From positions 62,001 through 126,000 of the forward strand of contig NIVC01002493.1 of NCBI GenBank assembly GCA_002269645.1: 64,000 nucleotides of DNA. Direction: 5' to 3'. Source of the stretch: Macrostomum lignano. Taxonomy: Eukaryota. Position 1 is the first letter of the stretch. The number at the start of each line of letters is the position of its first letter. The notes beneath the pieces are model-generated. The model made no database searches and was not told where the DNA came from. It saw only the letters and a list, made by a program, of their open reading frames with translations. Made by a program: the position numbers and the translations under genes. Shown here piece after piece: positions 20,582 to 33,544 of the stretch.

Positions 20582-23315
20582 ATGACTTCCCGCATAGCTG
20601 GGGTCGCTAATAGAGCCTACCAGCTGTTTGGCGGCCCCACTGCCACCGAGAGTCTACCGCCTATGCAGCAGCCAACTTGCACTGACGTTCATGTGAGTTT
20701 CTGCTAATCAACTTGTTCATTGTATGAATTATGGATCTCTTGTGACAGGTCATAAATAGTCTTTCTTATTATTGACATTCACTTCCAAACGATCCTAAAT
20801 ATTCCACAATTATTTAACCAATCTTAGATCCCAAGCTATTTCATCTTATCCTCATAATCTTTCTCAAATCCAGGATTTCCAATCCTGTTTGCAGCCTATC
20901 TCAATAATTCATCCCAGTTCCCACTTTTGTTGATCCCATTTTCATAATAATACGTCCCATGCAGATCCCACATCTATTGATCCCATCTCCATAATAATAC
21001 ATCCCATGCAGATCCCACATCTATTGATCCCATCTCCATAATAATACATCCCAGATCTCACACCTATTGATCCCATCTCCATAATAATGCATCCCAGATC
21101 TCACACCTATTGATCCCATCTCCATAATAATACATCCCAGATCTCACACCTATTGATCCCATCTCCATAATAATGCATCCCAGATCTCACACCTATTGAT
21201 CCCATCTCCATAATAATACATCCCAGATCTCACACCTATTGATCCCATCTCCATAATAATGCATCCCAGATCTCACACCTATTGATCCCATCTCCATAAT
21301 AATAAATCCCAGATCTCACATCTATTGATCCCATCTCCATAATAATGCATCCCAGATCTCACACCTATTGATCCCATCTCCATAATAATGCATCCCAGAT
21401 CTCACACCTATTGATCCCATCTCCATAATAATAAATCCCAGATCTCACACCTATTGATCCCATCTCCATAATAATACATCCCAGATCTCACATCTATTGA
21501 TCCCATCTCCATAATAATAAATCCCAGATCTCACACCTATTGATCCCATCTCCATAATAATAAATCCCAGATCTCACACCTATTGATCCCATCTCCATAA
21601 TAATGAATCCCATGGAGATCTCACACCTATTGATCCCATCTCCATAATAATGTATCCCAGATCCCACACCTATTGATCCCATCTCCATAATAATGAATCC
21701 CATGGAGATCTCACACCTATTGATCCCATCTCCATAATAATACATCCCAGATCTCACACCTATTGATCCCATCTCCATAATAATACATCCCAGATCTCAC
21801 ACCTATTGATCCCATCTCCATAATAATGAATCCCATGGAGATCTCACACCTATTGATCCCATCTCCATAATAATACATCCCAGATCTCACACCTATTGAT
21901 CCCATCTCCATAATAATAAATCCCAGATCTCACACCTATTGATCCCATCTCCATAATAATGAATCCCAAGGAGATCTCACACCTATTGATCCCATCTCCA
22001 TAATAATGTATCCCAGATCCCACATCTATCGATCCCATCTCCCTATGACCCTAATTAATTAACTAGGTAATGCATCGTATCCCCGATCCTTCATCCCGTC
22101 TCCAGGTGAGTCAAGAAGGCTTGACGCAGTTGCTACTGCAGTTACACAGTCTCACAGCCAAAGATGTGGACTTAGACGCTGGCTTAGTCACGGACGCATC
22201 GCGTGTTCACGCCCCAGTAGTCTACCTACACATAGTGGACAACGGTGTACTATCCATGGGCATCTACGTGCTGCGGCCCGGAGCGAGGATACCGCTTCAC
22301 GACCACCCAGGCATGTTTGGCCTGTGCAAACTGCTGCACGGAAGTCTTCGATGTAGAGCTTACACAACTCTGCCAGCTGGCCAGGGACCAAACACCTTGC
22401 CGCCTACACCTTTGCGCGGTTGGCAACGAGACGCCCTATTGGCAGACCTGACCCCGGCCAAGCTGGCTATGGACTTGGTGCTGTCTGTAGCGTCTGCGCA
22501 GCGCCAACAGCAGACAATTGTGCACACACCTACTGAGGCTAACTTCCACGAATTGCAGGTAAGATATATCTGTTCAACCATGCAGTTTAATGCAATGCCA
22601 GCTCAGATCAAAGCAGTTTAGTGCAGTGCCAGCTCAGATCAAAGCAGTTTAGTGCAGTGCCAGCTCAGATCAAAGCAGTTTAGCTGCAGTGCCAGCTCAG
22701 ATCAAAGCAGTTTAGTGCAGTGCCAGCTCAGATCAAAGCAGTTTAGCTGCAGTGCCAGCTCAGATCAAAGCAGTTTAGCTGCAGTGCCAGCTCAGATCAA
22801 AGCAGTTTAGTGCAGTGCCAGCTCAGATCAAAGCAGTTTAGCTGCAGTGCCAGCTCAGATCAAAGCAGTTTAGTGCAGTGCCAGCTCAGATCAAAGCAGT
22901 TTAGCTGCAGTGCCAGCTCAGATCAAAGCAGTTTAGTGCAGTGCCAGCTCAGATCAAAGCAGTTTAGCTGCAGTGCCAGCTCAGATCAAAGCAGTTTAGC
23001 TTATCTCCAACCAAAGGAAATCCCTCCGCCATCAAAATTCAGGCTCTCTCCGACGGGGCCGCATTTCTTGAGATCCTTGCGCCTCCGTACGATCACGACC
23101 TGGGCCGTCGGGTCTGTCGATATTACCGCGAAGTCACGCTGGAGGTCGAAGACGCAACCGCGGCAACGGCGGCTACTGCAGCGGCGGCCGCGGCTGCTGG
23201 CGGAGGCGCCACAGGTAACGAAAGCCGGGGTCACCTGGTTTACCTGGCCGAAATACCTCAGCCCAGGGATTTTGTTTGCGCGTCAGTTGAGTACACTGGG
23301 CCTCGGGTCACGTGA
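20582..23315 (+). CDS. ADO: 2-aminoethanethiol (cysteamine) dioxygenase, ~278 aa; exons 20582-20692, 22106-22558, 23043-23315
   Basis: Cupin motif IPLHDHPGMFGLCKLLHG, third metal His in NFHEL, AAFLEILAPPYD, C-x-Y in VCRYY, and C-terminal DFVCASVEYTGPRV. N-terminus MTSRIAGVANRAYQLF matches the family start. All junctions are phase-0 GT-AG. Confidence 0.93.
20930..22042. repeat. 43-bp (variant ~47-bp) minisatellite in ADO intron 1
   Basis: Unit CACCTATTGATCCCATCTCCATAATAATACATCCCAGATCTCA, ~25 copies. Confidence 0.95.
22590..23000. repeat. 31/32-bp minisatellite in ADO intron 2
   Basis: Unit G(C)TGCAGTGCCAGCTCAGATCAAAGCAGTTTA, ~13 copies. Confidence 0.95.
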
Positions 23316-23474
23316 TGCTCTGTGGGCTCTGTTTCTCCCTTTGTGTTTTTAGTTTTTTTTTAAGACTTAAAAAGTTAAAATTTGTACATAAATCTGGAGC
23401 CTGACAAAGAGCGTGAATGAGTTGAAATGTATTGTATATATTTACATTTATTCTTCCATAACTCAATAGAAACT

Positions 23475-23950
23475 CCCCCTTCAACTCTTTTGAAATTCTC
23501 CTACACCTTCTTAGGAATTCCCCTACAACTCCTTAGGAATTTCCCTAAAACTCCTTAGGAATTCCCTACAACTCCTTAGGAATTCTCCTACAACTTCATA
23601 GGAATTCCCCTACAACTCTTTAGGAATTCCCCTACAACTCCTTAGGAATTCCCCTACTAATATTTAGGAATTCCCCTACAAATCTTTAGGAATTCCCCTA
23701 CAAATCTTTGGAATTCCCCTAAAAATCTTTAGGAATTCCCCTACTATTCCTTAAGAATTTCTCTACAACTCCTTAGGAATTCCCCTACAAATCTTTGGAA
23801 TTCCCCTAAAAATCTTTAGGAATTCCCCTACTATTCCTTATGAATTCCCCTACAACTCCTTTGGAATTCCCCTACAACTCCTTAGGAACTCCCTTGCAAC
23901 TCCTTCGGAATTCCCTTACAACCTCTTAGAAATTCCCTGAAACTCCTTAA
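23475..23950. repeat. 22-bp minisatellite downstream of ADO
   Basis: Unit TTAGGAATTCCCCTACAACTCC with quasi-palindrome TAGGAATTCCCCTA. Confidence 0.9.
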
Positions 23951-24664
23951 GCATTCCGATTTGACTCATTAAAAATGATTATTTTCAAAGTTTCAAATCC
24001 ATCGAGTGAGCCAGCCAGTCACTGAAGCATTCATGCTCTGGTCTAAATTAGACAATTAGTTCGTATTATTGAAACAATGTTTTTGCTTTTGTATAATAAG
24101 AACATTTTGTAAACTTTTTTAAATATAAAATGTTTTGTCTGTGCTTGTGCCCCTCTCTACAAATTGGACGAAAAATGTCCCCCTGCCTACTCAAAGAGTT
24201 GGTATAAGTAGAGTATGTAGCAAGTGGTTTCAAATAGTCGACCAAATATGGTTTTTTTAAAAACAAAACAGGTTTTTTGTATTTGTGACGGGCTGTTTCG
24301 CTTGCCAATGGATAAAGCGTTGTTTTCTTTTTTGGATTTCTCTTTTTAAAGAGATCTAGTCTTATTTCGAATGCTCATTCTTTAAGTGTATTTTCTTTGA
24401 TTGACATTGTCTAGTTAATTTGGTTTCAATTTTTTGTGACACCATAATTGTGAATGGCATAGTTTAAAAGGGTATTTTAATGATAAATTCTGCATATTTA
24501 TTGTCGGCCGTCTCGTCTGTGTTTTTTAGCCCGAGTCCTAACTGACTTGGTGCTAGACTAGCAGCTTAGCTAATGTGGATTTTCTTGCTGAGTCCCAGAA
24601 ATCGCAACAAAGTGGTTTTTAATACATTAAAGAAATTTTTGCACTTCAAATATTTATAGGCGGT

Positions 24665-25680
24665 CCATAGCAACTAGCCAACAACACTCTAGCTTTCCAT
24701 AGCAACAATAACTTCCCATAGCAACACTCTAGCTTCCCATAGCAACACTTTAGCTCCCCATATAGCAACACTCTAGCTTCCCATAGCAACACTCTAGCTT
24801 CCCATAGCAACACTCTAGCTTCCCATAGAAACACTTTAACTCCCTATATACAAACACTCTAGCTTTTCATAGCAACAATAACTTCCCATAGCAACACTCT
24901 AGCTTCCCATAGCAACACTTTAGCTCCCCATATAGCAACACTCTAGCTTCCCATAGCAACACTCTAGCTTCCCATAGCAACACTCTAGCTTCCCATAGAA
25001 ACACTTTAACTCCCTATATACAAACACTCTAGCTTTTCATAGCAACAATAACTTCCCATAGCAACACTCTAGCTTCCCATAGCAACACTTTAGCTCCCCA
25101 TATAGCAACACTCTAGCTTCCCATAGCAACACTCTAGCTTCCCATAGAAACACTTTAACTCCCTATATACAAACACTCTAGCTTTTCATAGCAACAATAA
25201 CTTCCCATAGCAACACTCTAGCTTCCCATAGCAACACTAGCTCCCCATATAGCAACACTCTAGCTTCCCATAGCAACACTTTAGCTCCCCATATACAAAC
25301 ACTCTAGCTTTCCATAGCAACAATAACTTCCCATAGCAACACTCTAGCTTCCCATAGCAACACTTTAGCTCCCCATATAGCAACACTCTAGTTTCCCATA
25401 GCAACACTCTAGCTTCCCATAGCAACACTAGCTCCCCATATAGCAACACTCTAGCTTCCCATAGCAACACTAGCTCCCCATATAGCAACACTCTAGCTTC
25501 CCATAGCAACACTTTAGCTCCCCATATACAAACACTCTAGCATTCCATAGCAACAATAACTTCCCATAGCAACACTCTAGCTTCCCATAGCAACACTTTA
25601 GCTCCCCATATAGCAACACTTTAGCTCCCCATATAGCAACACTCTAGCTTCCCATAGCAACACTCTAGCTCCACATAGCA
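24665..25680. repeat. ~21-bp minisatellite with ~170-bp higher-order repeat
   Basis: Unit CCATAGCAACACTCTAGCTTC. The variant block AGCTTTTCATAGCAACAATA recurs at 24691, 24861, 25031 and 25180. Confidence 0.95.
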
Positions 25681-26097
25681 AACCTGAATACTACAAGCAA
25701 GAATCGCCCCCTAGCAACAAAAAGAGTCTCTTCTTCAGCACTCGAACTTTAGTCGGCATGTTATTTATTGCGTTATATTGAAGTTTTTACCATCTTACGA
25801 AAATTTTTTGCAACTTTTGTTGCGAGGGTTAAACTAAGCGCGATCGCCATGGAACCTTATAAGTCTTGTGATTGTAAAAAGATACACTGATATTTATTTA
25901 CATGTTAAGCATTACAATTGCTGCTGTTCTAATAAAAGAAACAAGCATTTGCTTTTTTGCTTGCTTTTGTGCTTCTATCAATCAACTTTATTGTGATGTC
26001 GCGTATGTACTAATAGAAATTACAAAGCTAATTAAAATTAAGATTACAAGTTTTCTCATAATCAACGTTACTCATAAAATATTGCCTGATATAAAAA

Positions 26098-27765
26098 CCC
26101 GTCACATCCCCTGATCTTTCATGTGTCTTCTGCCTGTCACATCCTCTGATCTTTCATGTGTCTTCTGCCTGTCGCATCCTCTGATCCTTCATGTTTCTTC
26201 TGCCTGTCGCATCCTCTGATCCTTCATGTGTCTTCTGCCTGTCGCATCCTCTGATCCTTCATGTGTCTTCTGCCTGTCACATCCTCTGATCCTTCATGTT
26301 TCTTCTGCCTGTCGCATCCTCTGATCTTTCATGTGTCTTCTGCCTGTCACATCCTCTGATCCTTCATGTTTCTTCTGCCTGTCGCATCCTCTGATCTTTC
26401 ATGTGTCTTCTGCCTGTCGCATCCTCTGATCCTTCATGTGTCTTCTGCCTGTCACATCCTCTGATCCTTCATGTGTCTTCTGCCTGTCACATCCTCTGAT
26501 CCTTCATGTTTCTTCTGCCTGTCGCATCCTCTGATCTTTCATGTGTCTTCTGCCTGTCACATCCTCTGATCCTTCATGTTTCTTCTGCCTGTCGCATCCT
26601 CTGATCTTTCATGTGTCTTCTGCCTGTCGCATCCTCTGATCCTTCATGTGTCTTCTGCCTGTCACATCCTCTGATCCTTCATGTGTCTTCTGCCTGTCAC
26701 ATCCTCTGATCCTTCATGTTTCTTCTGCCTGTCACATCCTCTGATCCTTCATGTGTCTTCTGCCTGTCACATCCTCTGATCTTTCATGTGTCTTCTGCCT
26801 GTCACATCCTCTGATCCTTCATGTGTCTTCTGCCTGTCACATCCTCTGATCTTTCATGTGTCTTCTGCCTGTCACATCCTCTGATCCTTCATGTTTCTTC
26901 TGCCTGTCGCATCCTCTGATCTTTCATGTGTCTTCTGCCTGTCACATCCTCTGATCTTTCATGTGTCTTCTGCCTGTCGCATCCTCTGATCCTTCATGTT
27001 TCTTCTGCCTGTCGCATCCTCTGATCCTTCATGTGTCTTCTGCCTGTCGCATCCTCTGATCCTTCATGTGTCTTCTGCCTGTCACATCCTCTGATCCTTC
27101 ATGTTTCTTCTGCCTGTCGCATCCTCTGATCTTTCATGTGTCTTCTGCCTGTCACATCCTCTGATCCTTCATGTTTCTTCTGCCTGTCGCATCCTCTGAT
27201 CTTTCATGTGTCTTCTGCCTGTCGCATCCTCTGATCCTTCATGTGTCTTCTGCCTGTCACATCCTCTGATCCTTCATGTGTCTTCTGCCTGTCACATCCT
27301 CTGATCCTTCATGTTTCTTCTGCCTGTCACATCCTCTGATCCTTCATGTTTCTTCTGCCTGTCACATCCTCTGATCTTTCATGTGTCTTCTGCCTGTCAC
27401 ATCCTCTGATCCTTCATGTTTCTTCTGCCTGTCGCATCCTCTGATCTTTCATGTGTCTTCTGCCTGTCGCATCCTCTGATCCTTCATGTGTCTTCTGCCT
27501 GTCACATCCTCTGATCCTTCATGTGTCTTCTGCCTGTCGCATCCTCTGATCCTTCATGTTTCTTCTGCCTGTCGCATCCTCTGATCTTTCATGTGTCTTC
27601 TGCCTGTCACATCCTCTGATCCTTTCATGTTTCTTCTGCCTGTCGCATCCTCTGATCTTTCATGTTTCTTCTGCCTGTAACATCCTCTGATCGTTCATGT
27701 GTCTTCTGCCAGTCACATCCTCTAATCCTTCATGTGTCATGTGCCTGTCACATCCTCTGATTCCT
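26098..27765. repeat. 35-bp minisatellite immediately 3' of the SLC22 stop codon
   Basis: Unit GTCACATCCTCTGATCCTTCATGTGTCTTCTGCCT, ~47 copies. Confidence 0.97.
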
Positions 27766-27821
27766 GGGGTGTCCGTCACGTCGCTCCCCTCATCCCCCAG
27801 ATAGAGTACTTGAGTCTTGCA

Positions 27822-30800
27822 CTACACAGTGGGTGACTGCCGCGATGGAAGCTCAACGCTTTGAAGCTGCAGTTGCCGACGTGCACGCGGTAGGCAGGCG
27901 TCGGGCAGGCTGAGGCCGGCCATGTCCGCAATGCTGTCCGGCATGGGTCTGTTGTGAGTCTCCGGCAGCAGAATGAGCAGCAGGCCTGAGGCCACACAGA
28001 AACCGCCGTAAAAAAAATTTGGGAAAGCTGGATTAACGTTGAGTAGCAGGCCGTTGAGCTCCGGAGCCAGGGTCTGACCAAGGCGCATCACCTGATTGAG
28101 TTGAGTTGTACAGTAGGATTTAGCGGAGTGCTTAAAGCACGTGGATTCCATACGAAACACAGAATTGGAACTAGATTACGTTTAGAAATATGACTAGATT
28201 ACATGTAGAATTCGGGACAAGATTACGTGTAGAATCAGGACTAGATTACATGTAGAATCGGGACTGGATTACGTGTAGAATCGGGAATAGATTACGTGTA
28301 GAATCGGGAATAGATTACGTGTAGAATTCGGGACTAGATTACGTGTAGAATCGGGACTGGATTACGTGTAGAATCGGGACTAGATTACGTGTAGAATCGG
28401 GAATAGATTACGTGTAGAATTCGGGACTAGATTACGTGTAGAATCGGGACTAGATTACGTGTAGAATCGGGACTAGATTACGTGTAGAATTCGGGACTAG
28501 ATTACGTGTAGAAGTCGGGTCTAGATTACGTGTAGAAGTCGGGTCTAAATTACGTGTAGAAGTCGGGACTAGATTACATGTAGAATCGGGACTAGATTAC
28601 GTGTAGAATCAGGACTAGATTACGTGTAGAATTCGGGACTAGATTACGTGTAGAATCGGGACTAGATTACGTGTAGAATTCGGGACTAGATTACGTGTAG
28701 AATTCGGGACTAGATTACGTGTAGAATTCGGGACTAGATTACGTGTAGAATCGGGACTAGATTACGTGTAGAATCGGGACTGGATTACGTGTAGAATTCA
28801 GGACTAGATTACGTGTAGAATTCGGGACTAGATTACGTGTAGAAGTCGGGTCTAGATTACGTGTAGAAGTCGGGTCTAAATTACGTGTAGAAGTCGGGAC
28901 TAGATTACATGTAGAATCGGGACTAGATTACGTGTAGAATCAGGACTAGATTACGTGTAGAATTCGGGACTAGATTACGTGTAGAATCGGGACTAGATTA
29001 CGTGTAGAATTCGGGACTAGATTACGTGTAGAATTCGGGACTAGATTACGTGTAGAATTCGGGACTGGATTACGTGTAGAATCGGGACTAGATTACGTGT
29101 AGAATTCGGGACTAGATTACGTGTAGAATCGGGACTAGATTACGTGTAGAATTCGGGACTAGATTACGTGTAGAATCGGGACTAGATTACGTGTAGAATT
29201 CGGGACTAGATTACGTGTAGAATCGGGACTAGATTACGTGTAGAATTCGGGACTAGATTACGTGTAGAATTCGGGACTAGATTACGTGTAGAATTCGGGA
29301 CTAGATTACGTGTAGAATTCGGGACTAGATTACGTGTAGAATTCGGGACTAGATTACGTGTAGAATTCGGGACTGGATTACGTGTAGAATCGGGACTAGA
29401 TTACGTGTAGAATTCGGGACTAGATTACGTGTAGAATCGGGACTAGATTACGTGTAGAATTCGGGACTAGATTACGTGTAGAATCGGGACTAGATTACGT
29501 GTAGAATTCGGGACTAGATTACGTGTAGAATCGGGACTAGATTACGTGTAGAATTCGGGACTAGATTACGTGTAGAATTCGGGACTAGATTACGTGTAGA
29601 ATTCGGGACTAGATTACGTGTAGAATCGGGACTAGATTACGTGTAGAATCGGGACTAGATTACGTGTAGAATCAGGACTAGATTACGTGTAGAATCGGGA
29701 CTAGATTACGTGTAGAATCGGGACTGGATTACGTGTAGAATCGGGACTAGATTACGTGTAGAATTCGGGACTAGATTACGTGTAGAATTCGGGACTAGAT
29801 TACGTGTAGAATCGGGACTAGATTACGTGTAGAATTCGGGACTAGATTACGTGTAGAATCGGGACTAGATTACGTGTAGAATTCGGGACTGGACTAGAGA
29901 TATTTACAGCGAGAAGCTCAGACTGCCACAGCAGAACAGTTTCAACTAACCTGCGACGCCAAGATAAAAGAAGTTGCCCGAATATTCGTAGGCAGGCTTT
30001 CCGACCCGAATATGAGCACTATGCAGAACGACACAGTGATGAGGAACTTAGACAACAGTGCGCAGGCGCTCTTCGCACCGAAGGTAACGTCCGGCGGTTG
30101 CGGCACGAACGGCACGAGGATCAGGAGCAGCCCCGCGGGGAGCAGCAGCAGCATATTGCTAATCCGGCGACCGCAGCGGTCGGTCAGAAACCAAGCCAGG
30201 AATGCGGCCGGAAGCTCCAGCGCTCCAGAGATCACCACGTTCAAGTACGGATTCTTTGTGATGAAGTCGCGGCGGAATGACGAGGAAAAATATGACATTG
30301 CGTTAGCAACAAACAGAACCGTGAATGCAGCCTCTACAGCCAGGTACTTGCTCTGGCACAGGCTCTCCTTGGGCAGCAGGCGGCTCAGCTGCCGACGGAC
30401 CAGCTCGAAGTTGCTCGGCTGTTGGCGACGTCGTTTCTTAGAATCGCTATCCAACTCGGCGTTCGCCTGGGAAGACTGCAGCGTCTCCGATTCGCCCTTC
30501 AGTTCCGTTGATTCTTCGTCGACTTTCATTGTCTCGACTGTGGCCGTGTCGAGTCCGTGCCGACGGAACAGGCGGAGCAGAGAGTCCTTGGCGGCCGACT
30601 GGTGACCGCTGGCGAACAGCCACTTTGGTGAGTCGATCAGGGACCAGGGATAGCTCAGGTAGCCTGTGGCTGGAAGGTTCAAGTAAGATGTGCTTGTTTG
30701 TCTTTGAACAGCTGAAGTAACTGACACGACAGACGCACACGAGAACATGACACAGACGCACTGGAGAACACCTGACACAGCCGCACTGGAGAACACCTGA

Positions 30801-32507
30801 CACAGACGCACTGGAGAACACCTGACACAGACGCACTAGAGAACACCTGACAAAGATGCACTAGAGAACACCTGACACAGACGCATTAGAGAACACCTGA
30901 CACAGACGCACTGGAGAACACCTGACACAGACTCACTAGAGAACACCTGACACAGACGCACTAGAGAACACCTGACAAAGATGCACTAGAGAACACCTGA
31001 CACAGACGCATTAGAGAACACCTGACACAGACGCACTAGAGAACACCTGACACAGACGCACTAGAGAACACCTGACACAGACGCACTAGAGAACACCGAC
31101 AGACTCACTAGAGAACACCTGACACAGACGCACTAGAGAACACCTGACACAGTTGCACTGGAGAACACCTGACACAGACGCACTAGAGAACACCGACAGA
31201 CTCACTAGAGAACACCTGACACAGACGCACTGGAGAACACCTGACACAGCCGCACACGGAAACTCCAAAACTAACCAATAATCGCAGCAACCAAAACCAT
31301 CTGCAGCCGCCACTCCATCACCAGGTAGGCAATAACGCCAGATGTCGTGTAGCCAACTACCCACAGAATCCAGTAGAAATTTCCATGCAATCCGTGATAG
31401 TCCTCAGAGATTAGCTCGGTGAGATAGGCTACTCCGGTGAGCACAGCGGGAGAGCCGAAGCCCATGAAGAAGCGCAGGACCATCTGGGCTGTGAGGTCAC
31501 GCACGAAAATAACCAGAATTGTGCTGGTCAGGTCGATGTACGCGAACAATATGAATGGCAGCCTTCTGCCGAATGCGTCAGCCAGAGGAGCGAAACAGCA
31601 GCTGACAAAAATGCCTGCCTGAATGACGGTTTCGAAATTGCTTTAGTAAATAGTATACATTGAAATCTACCTGTTCTGCAACCTGATCACTGTGTTATCA
31701 TCTCATCTATACCTACTCTGCAACCTGATCACTGTGTTCTCATCTCATCTACCTGTTCTGCAACCTGATCACTGTGTTCTCATCTCATCTATACCTGCTG
31801 TGCAACCTGATCACTGTGTTCTCATCTCATCTATACCTGCTCTGCAACCTGATCACTGTGTTCTCATCTCATCTATACCTGCTGTGCAACCTGATCACTG
31901 TGTTCTCATCTCATCTATACCTGCTCTGCAACCTGATCACTGTGTTCTCCTCTCATCTGTACCTGTTCTACAACCGTCTACCGGATCAAATCTGAGATGG
32001 TATCTTGTAAAACACTGAAATAATTTGTTAGATTCTGCGTTAACCTCAACTACGTACCTGCATGATAGTCTGCATCCGGTCAGCCAGGTAGGCTCTGTCG
32101 CACACAAAATCGTATTCCATCAGCATGTTCCGTCTTCCTGGCTCCGTTGGCCAATAAGTCCACGCGGTGCACGGCCTGTTGCTAGCTGACGAGTCATTTA
32201 TGACTTGTATCGGTGCCAGTCGACCGTTGTCCTCTCGAGCGAATTGCGGCGCAAAGCACTTGTAGTCCAAGATGGAAAAGTTGGCCGTATCAGCGAGCTC
32301 GCTAATGTTGACGCTGCCCCACTCTGTGGTCTGGTTGTCGATGACGGCTTGGGCGCAGTGGAATGGCACGTTGGCGGTGGCCAGGTTCAGTATGAATATG
32401 TCGAATGCTGCTTTCATTGTCACGTAGGATAGGAGAACAGTGACGGACCAGCGGTAGGACCAACTGGCCTTGGACAGCTGGTCTGTCAGGTGAGACACCT
32501 CGGACAT
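27822..32507 (-). CDS. SLC22-family (organic cation/anion transporter-like) MFS transporter, ~591 aa; exons 32507-32058, 31618-31276, 30663-29951, 28091-27822
   Basis: Cys-containing first extracellular loop (PFHC...PCTAWTY...EYDFVCDR), motif A LADAFGRR, WSLIDSPKWL, TDRCGRR, SESLPTNIRA and LLPETHNRPMPDSI. Junction phases 0/1/0 keep frame (1776 nt total). Confidence 0.9.
28175..29895. repeat. 23/24-bp minisatellite filling SLC22 intron 3
   Basis: Unit GACTAGATTACGTGTAGAAT(T)CGG, ~70 copies. Confidence 0.97.
30720..31252. repeat. 25-bp minisatellite filling SLC22 intron 2
   Basis: Unit GCACTAGAGAACACCTGACACAGAC, ~21 copies. Confidence 0.95.
31660..31975. repeat. 42-bp minisatellite in SLC22 intron 1
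   Basis: Unit ATCTATACCTGCTCTGCAACCTGATCACTGTGTTCTCATCTC, ~7 copies. Confidence 0.93.
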
Positions 32508-33218
32508 GTTTTTAAGGACCTGTTGGTAAATAATGTAACCGTTGAGGTACACATGCCAGCCTGTTTGGTTGTTGGCACTAAGTTCATTTGGAACTTGTTG
32601 CACAATGATTGACCTTGGGGTTTTCGAGCAATTCACAGCCGTGAGAGCCAACCCCCGCAAATCTCTACACCGGTTTAGGCTAGTTCTAGATAGATAGCGG
32701 ACGGTATTTACCTGAGAATCCCGCCGCAAAAGTGCAGTAAATTGTACAGAAGCGACCGAACAGAATAGTTAATCAATGAAGCTTGATTCGTGGCTTTCGC
32801 TCCAATTTATGCTGATAAAGTTAGTCAGCACAGAGAGCTACCGTGTGTACCAGAACACGAAATGGATTTGTTTAAATTTGTCCGAAAGGTGACACCTGAC
32901 AATTAAACACTTACACACCTGCTTGTTATAAATTGTTAGTGACTGACACTAATCGTGACTATTAAAAAGCTTTATAGACTGCTATCTGTGTCAGGTTGAA
33001 TCGGTAAACTCCAGAAACTTCTAACCTGCATTGCAGGGTCAGCGGATTTTATTGCTCGCAAAAACTGTTATCAGGACAGCTATAGTCGTACAGCATTTTT
33101 CACAGCTTAATGTAACGCTTATAGGGATTTGATAACGGTTCCAATCTTACTACATGTGTGCTTGAGCCTCATATCTCAACCAAGTGCTTGAGTGCATGCT
33201 GTTTTGAATGGTTATAGT

Positions 33219-33446
33219 TGTTGGCTTTTCAAACGCAGTAGTGTAGCTAGCTGATCGAGTATATGTCTTAGTCAACGAGCAAAAGGGGAAAGTTAAGAGA
33301 GGATGAAGCCAGAGGCTGATTTAATAGCTTTAGTTTTAGGCATAGACAAACTTATACAGTATCGTTCTAGAAAGTTCTAAGACTTGGGGAATCTAACGAG
33401 AGTTACTATAATTAGCATAGATACAATTTACATTACTTTTTCAACA
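33219..33446 (-). repeat. 3' LTR of the copia element (228 bp)
   Basis: Direct repeat of 36163-36385, adjacent to the PPT. Confidence 0.95.
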
Positions 33447-33544
33447 CTCCCACTTGATGAAAATTGTCTATCTATGCGGTTACAAAAATTTGTCCAGTCT
33501 TCACAAAATTCTGATTAAGATGTCAGTAAATTCAAACTCCTCTG

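Noticed and set aside
21494-22038. MEMGSIGV-repeat ORFs, and similar ORFs at 22810, 24646, 25237, 30447-31364, 31692-32018 and 16566
   Set aside because: Translations of minisatellites.
30664-30811. N-terminal extension of ORF 29942-30811 and the alternative acceptor at 30712
   Set aside because: The upstream part is intronic repeat. The acceptor before 30663 gives normal SLC22 spacing to the DSPKW motif, whereas 30711 would insert 16 polar residues.
32508-32729. 74-aa N-terminal extension of the SLC22 first exon
   Set aside because: Starts at a non-ATG codon, overlaps a SINE-like fragment and does not resemble SLC22; the ATG at 32507 is preferred.
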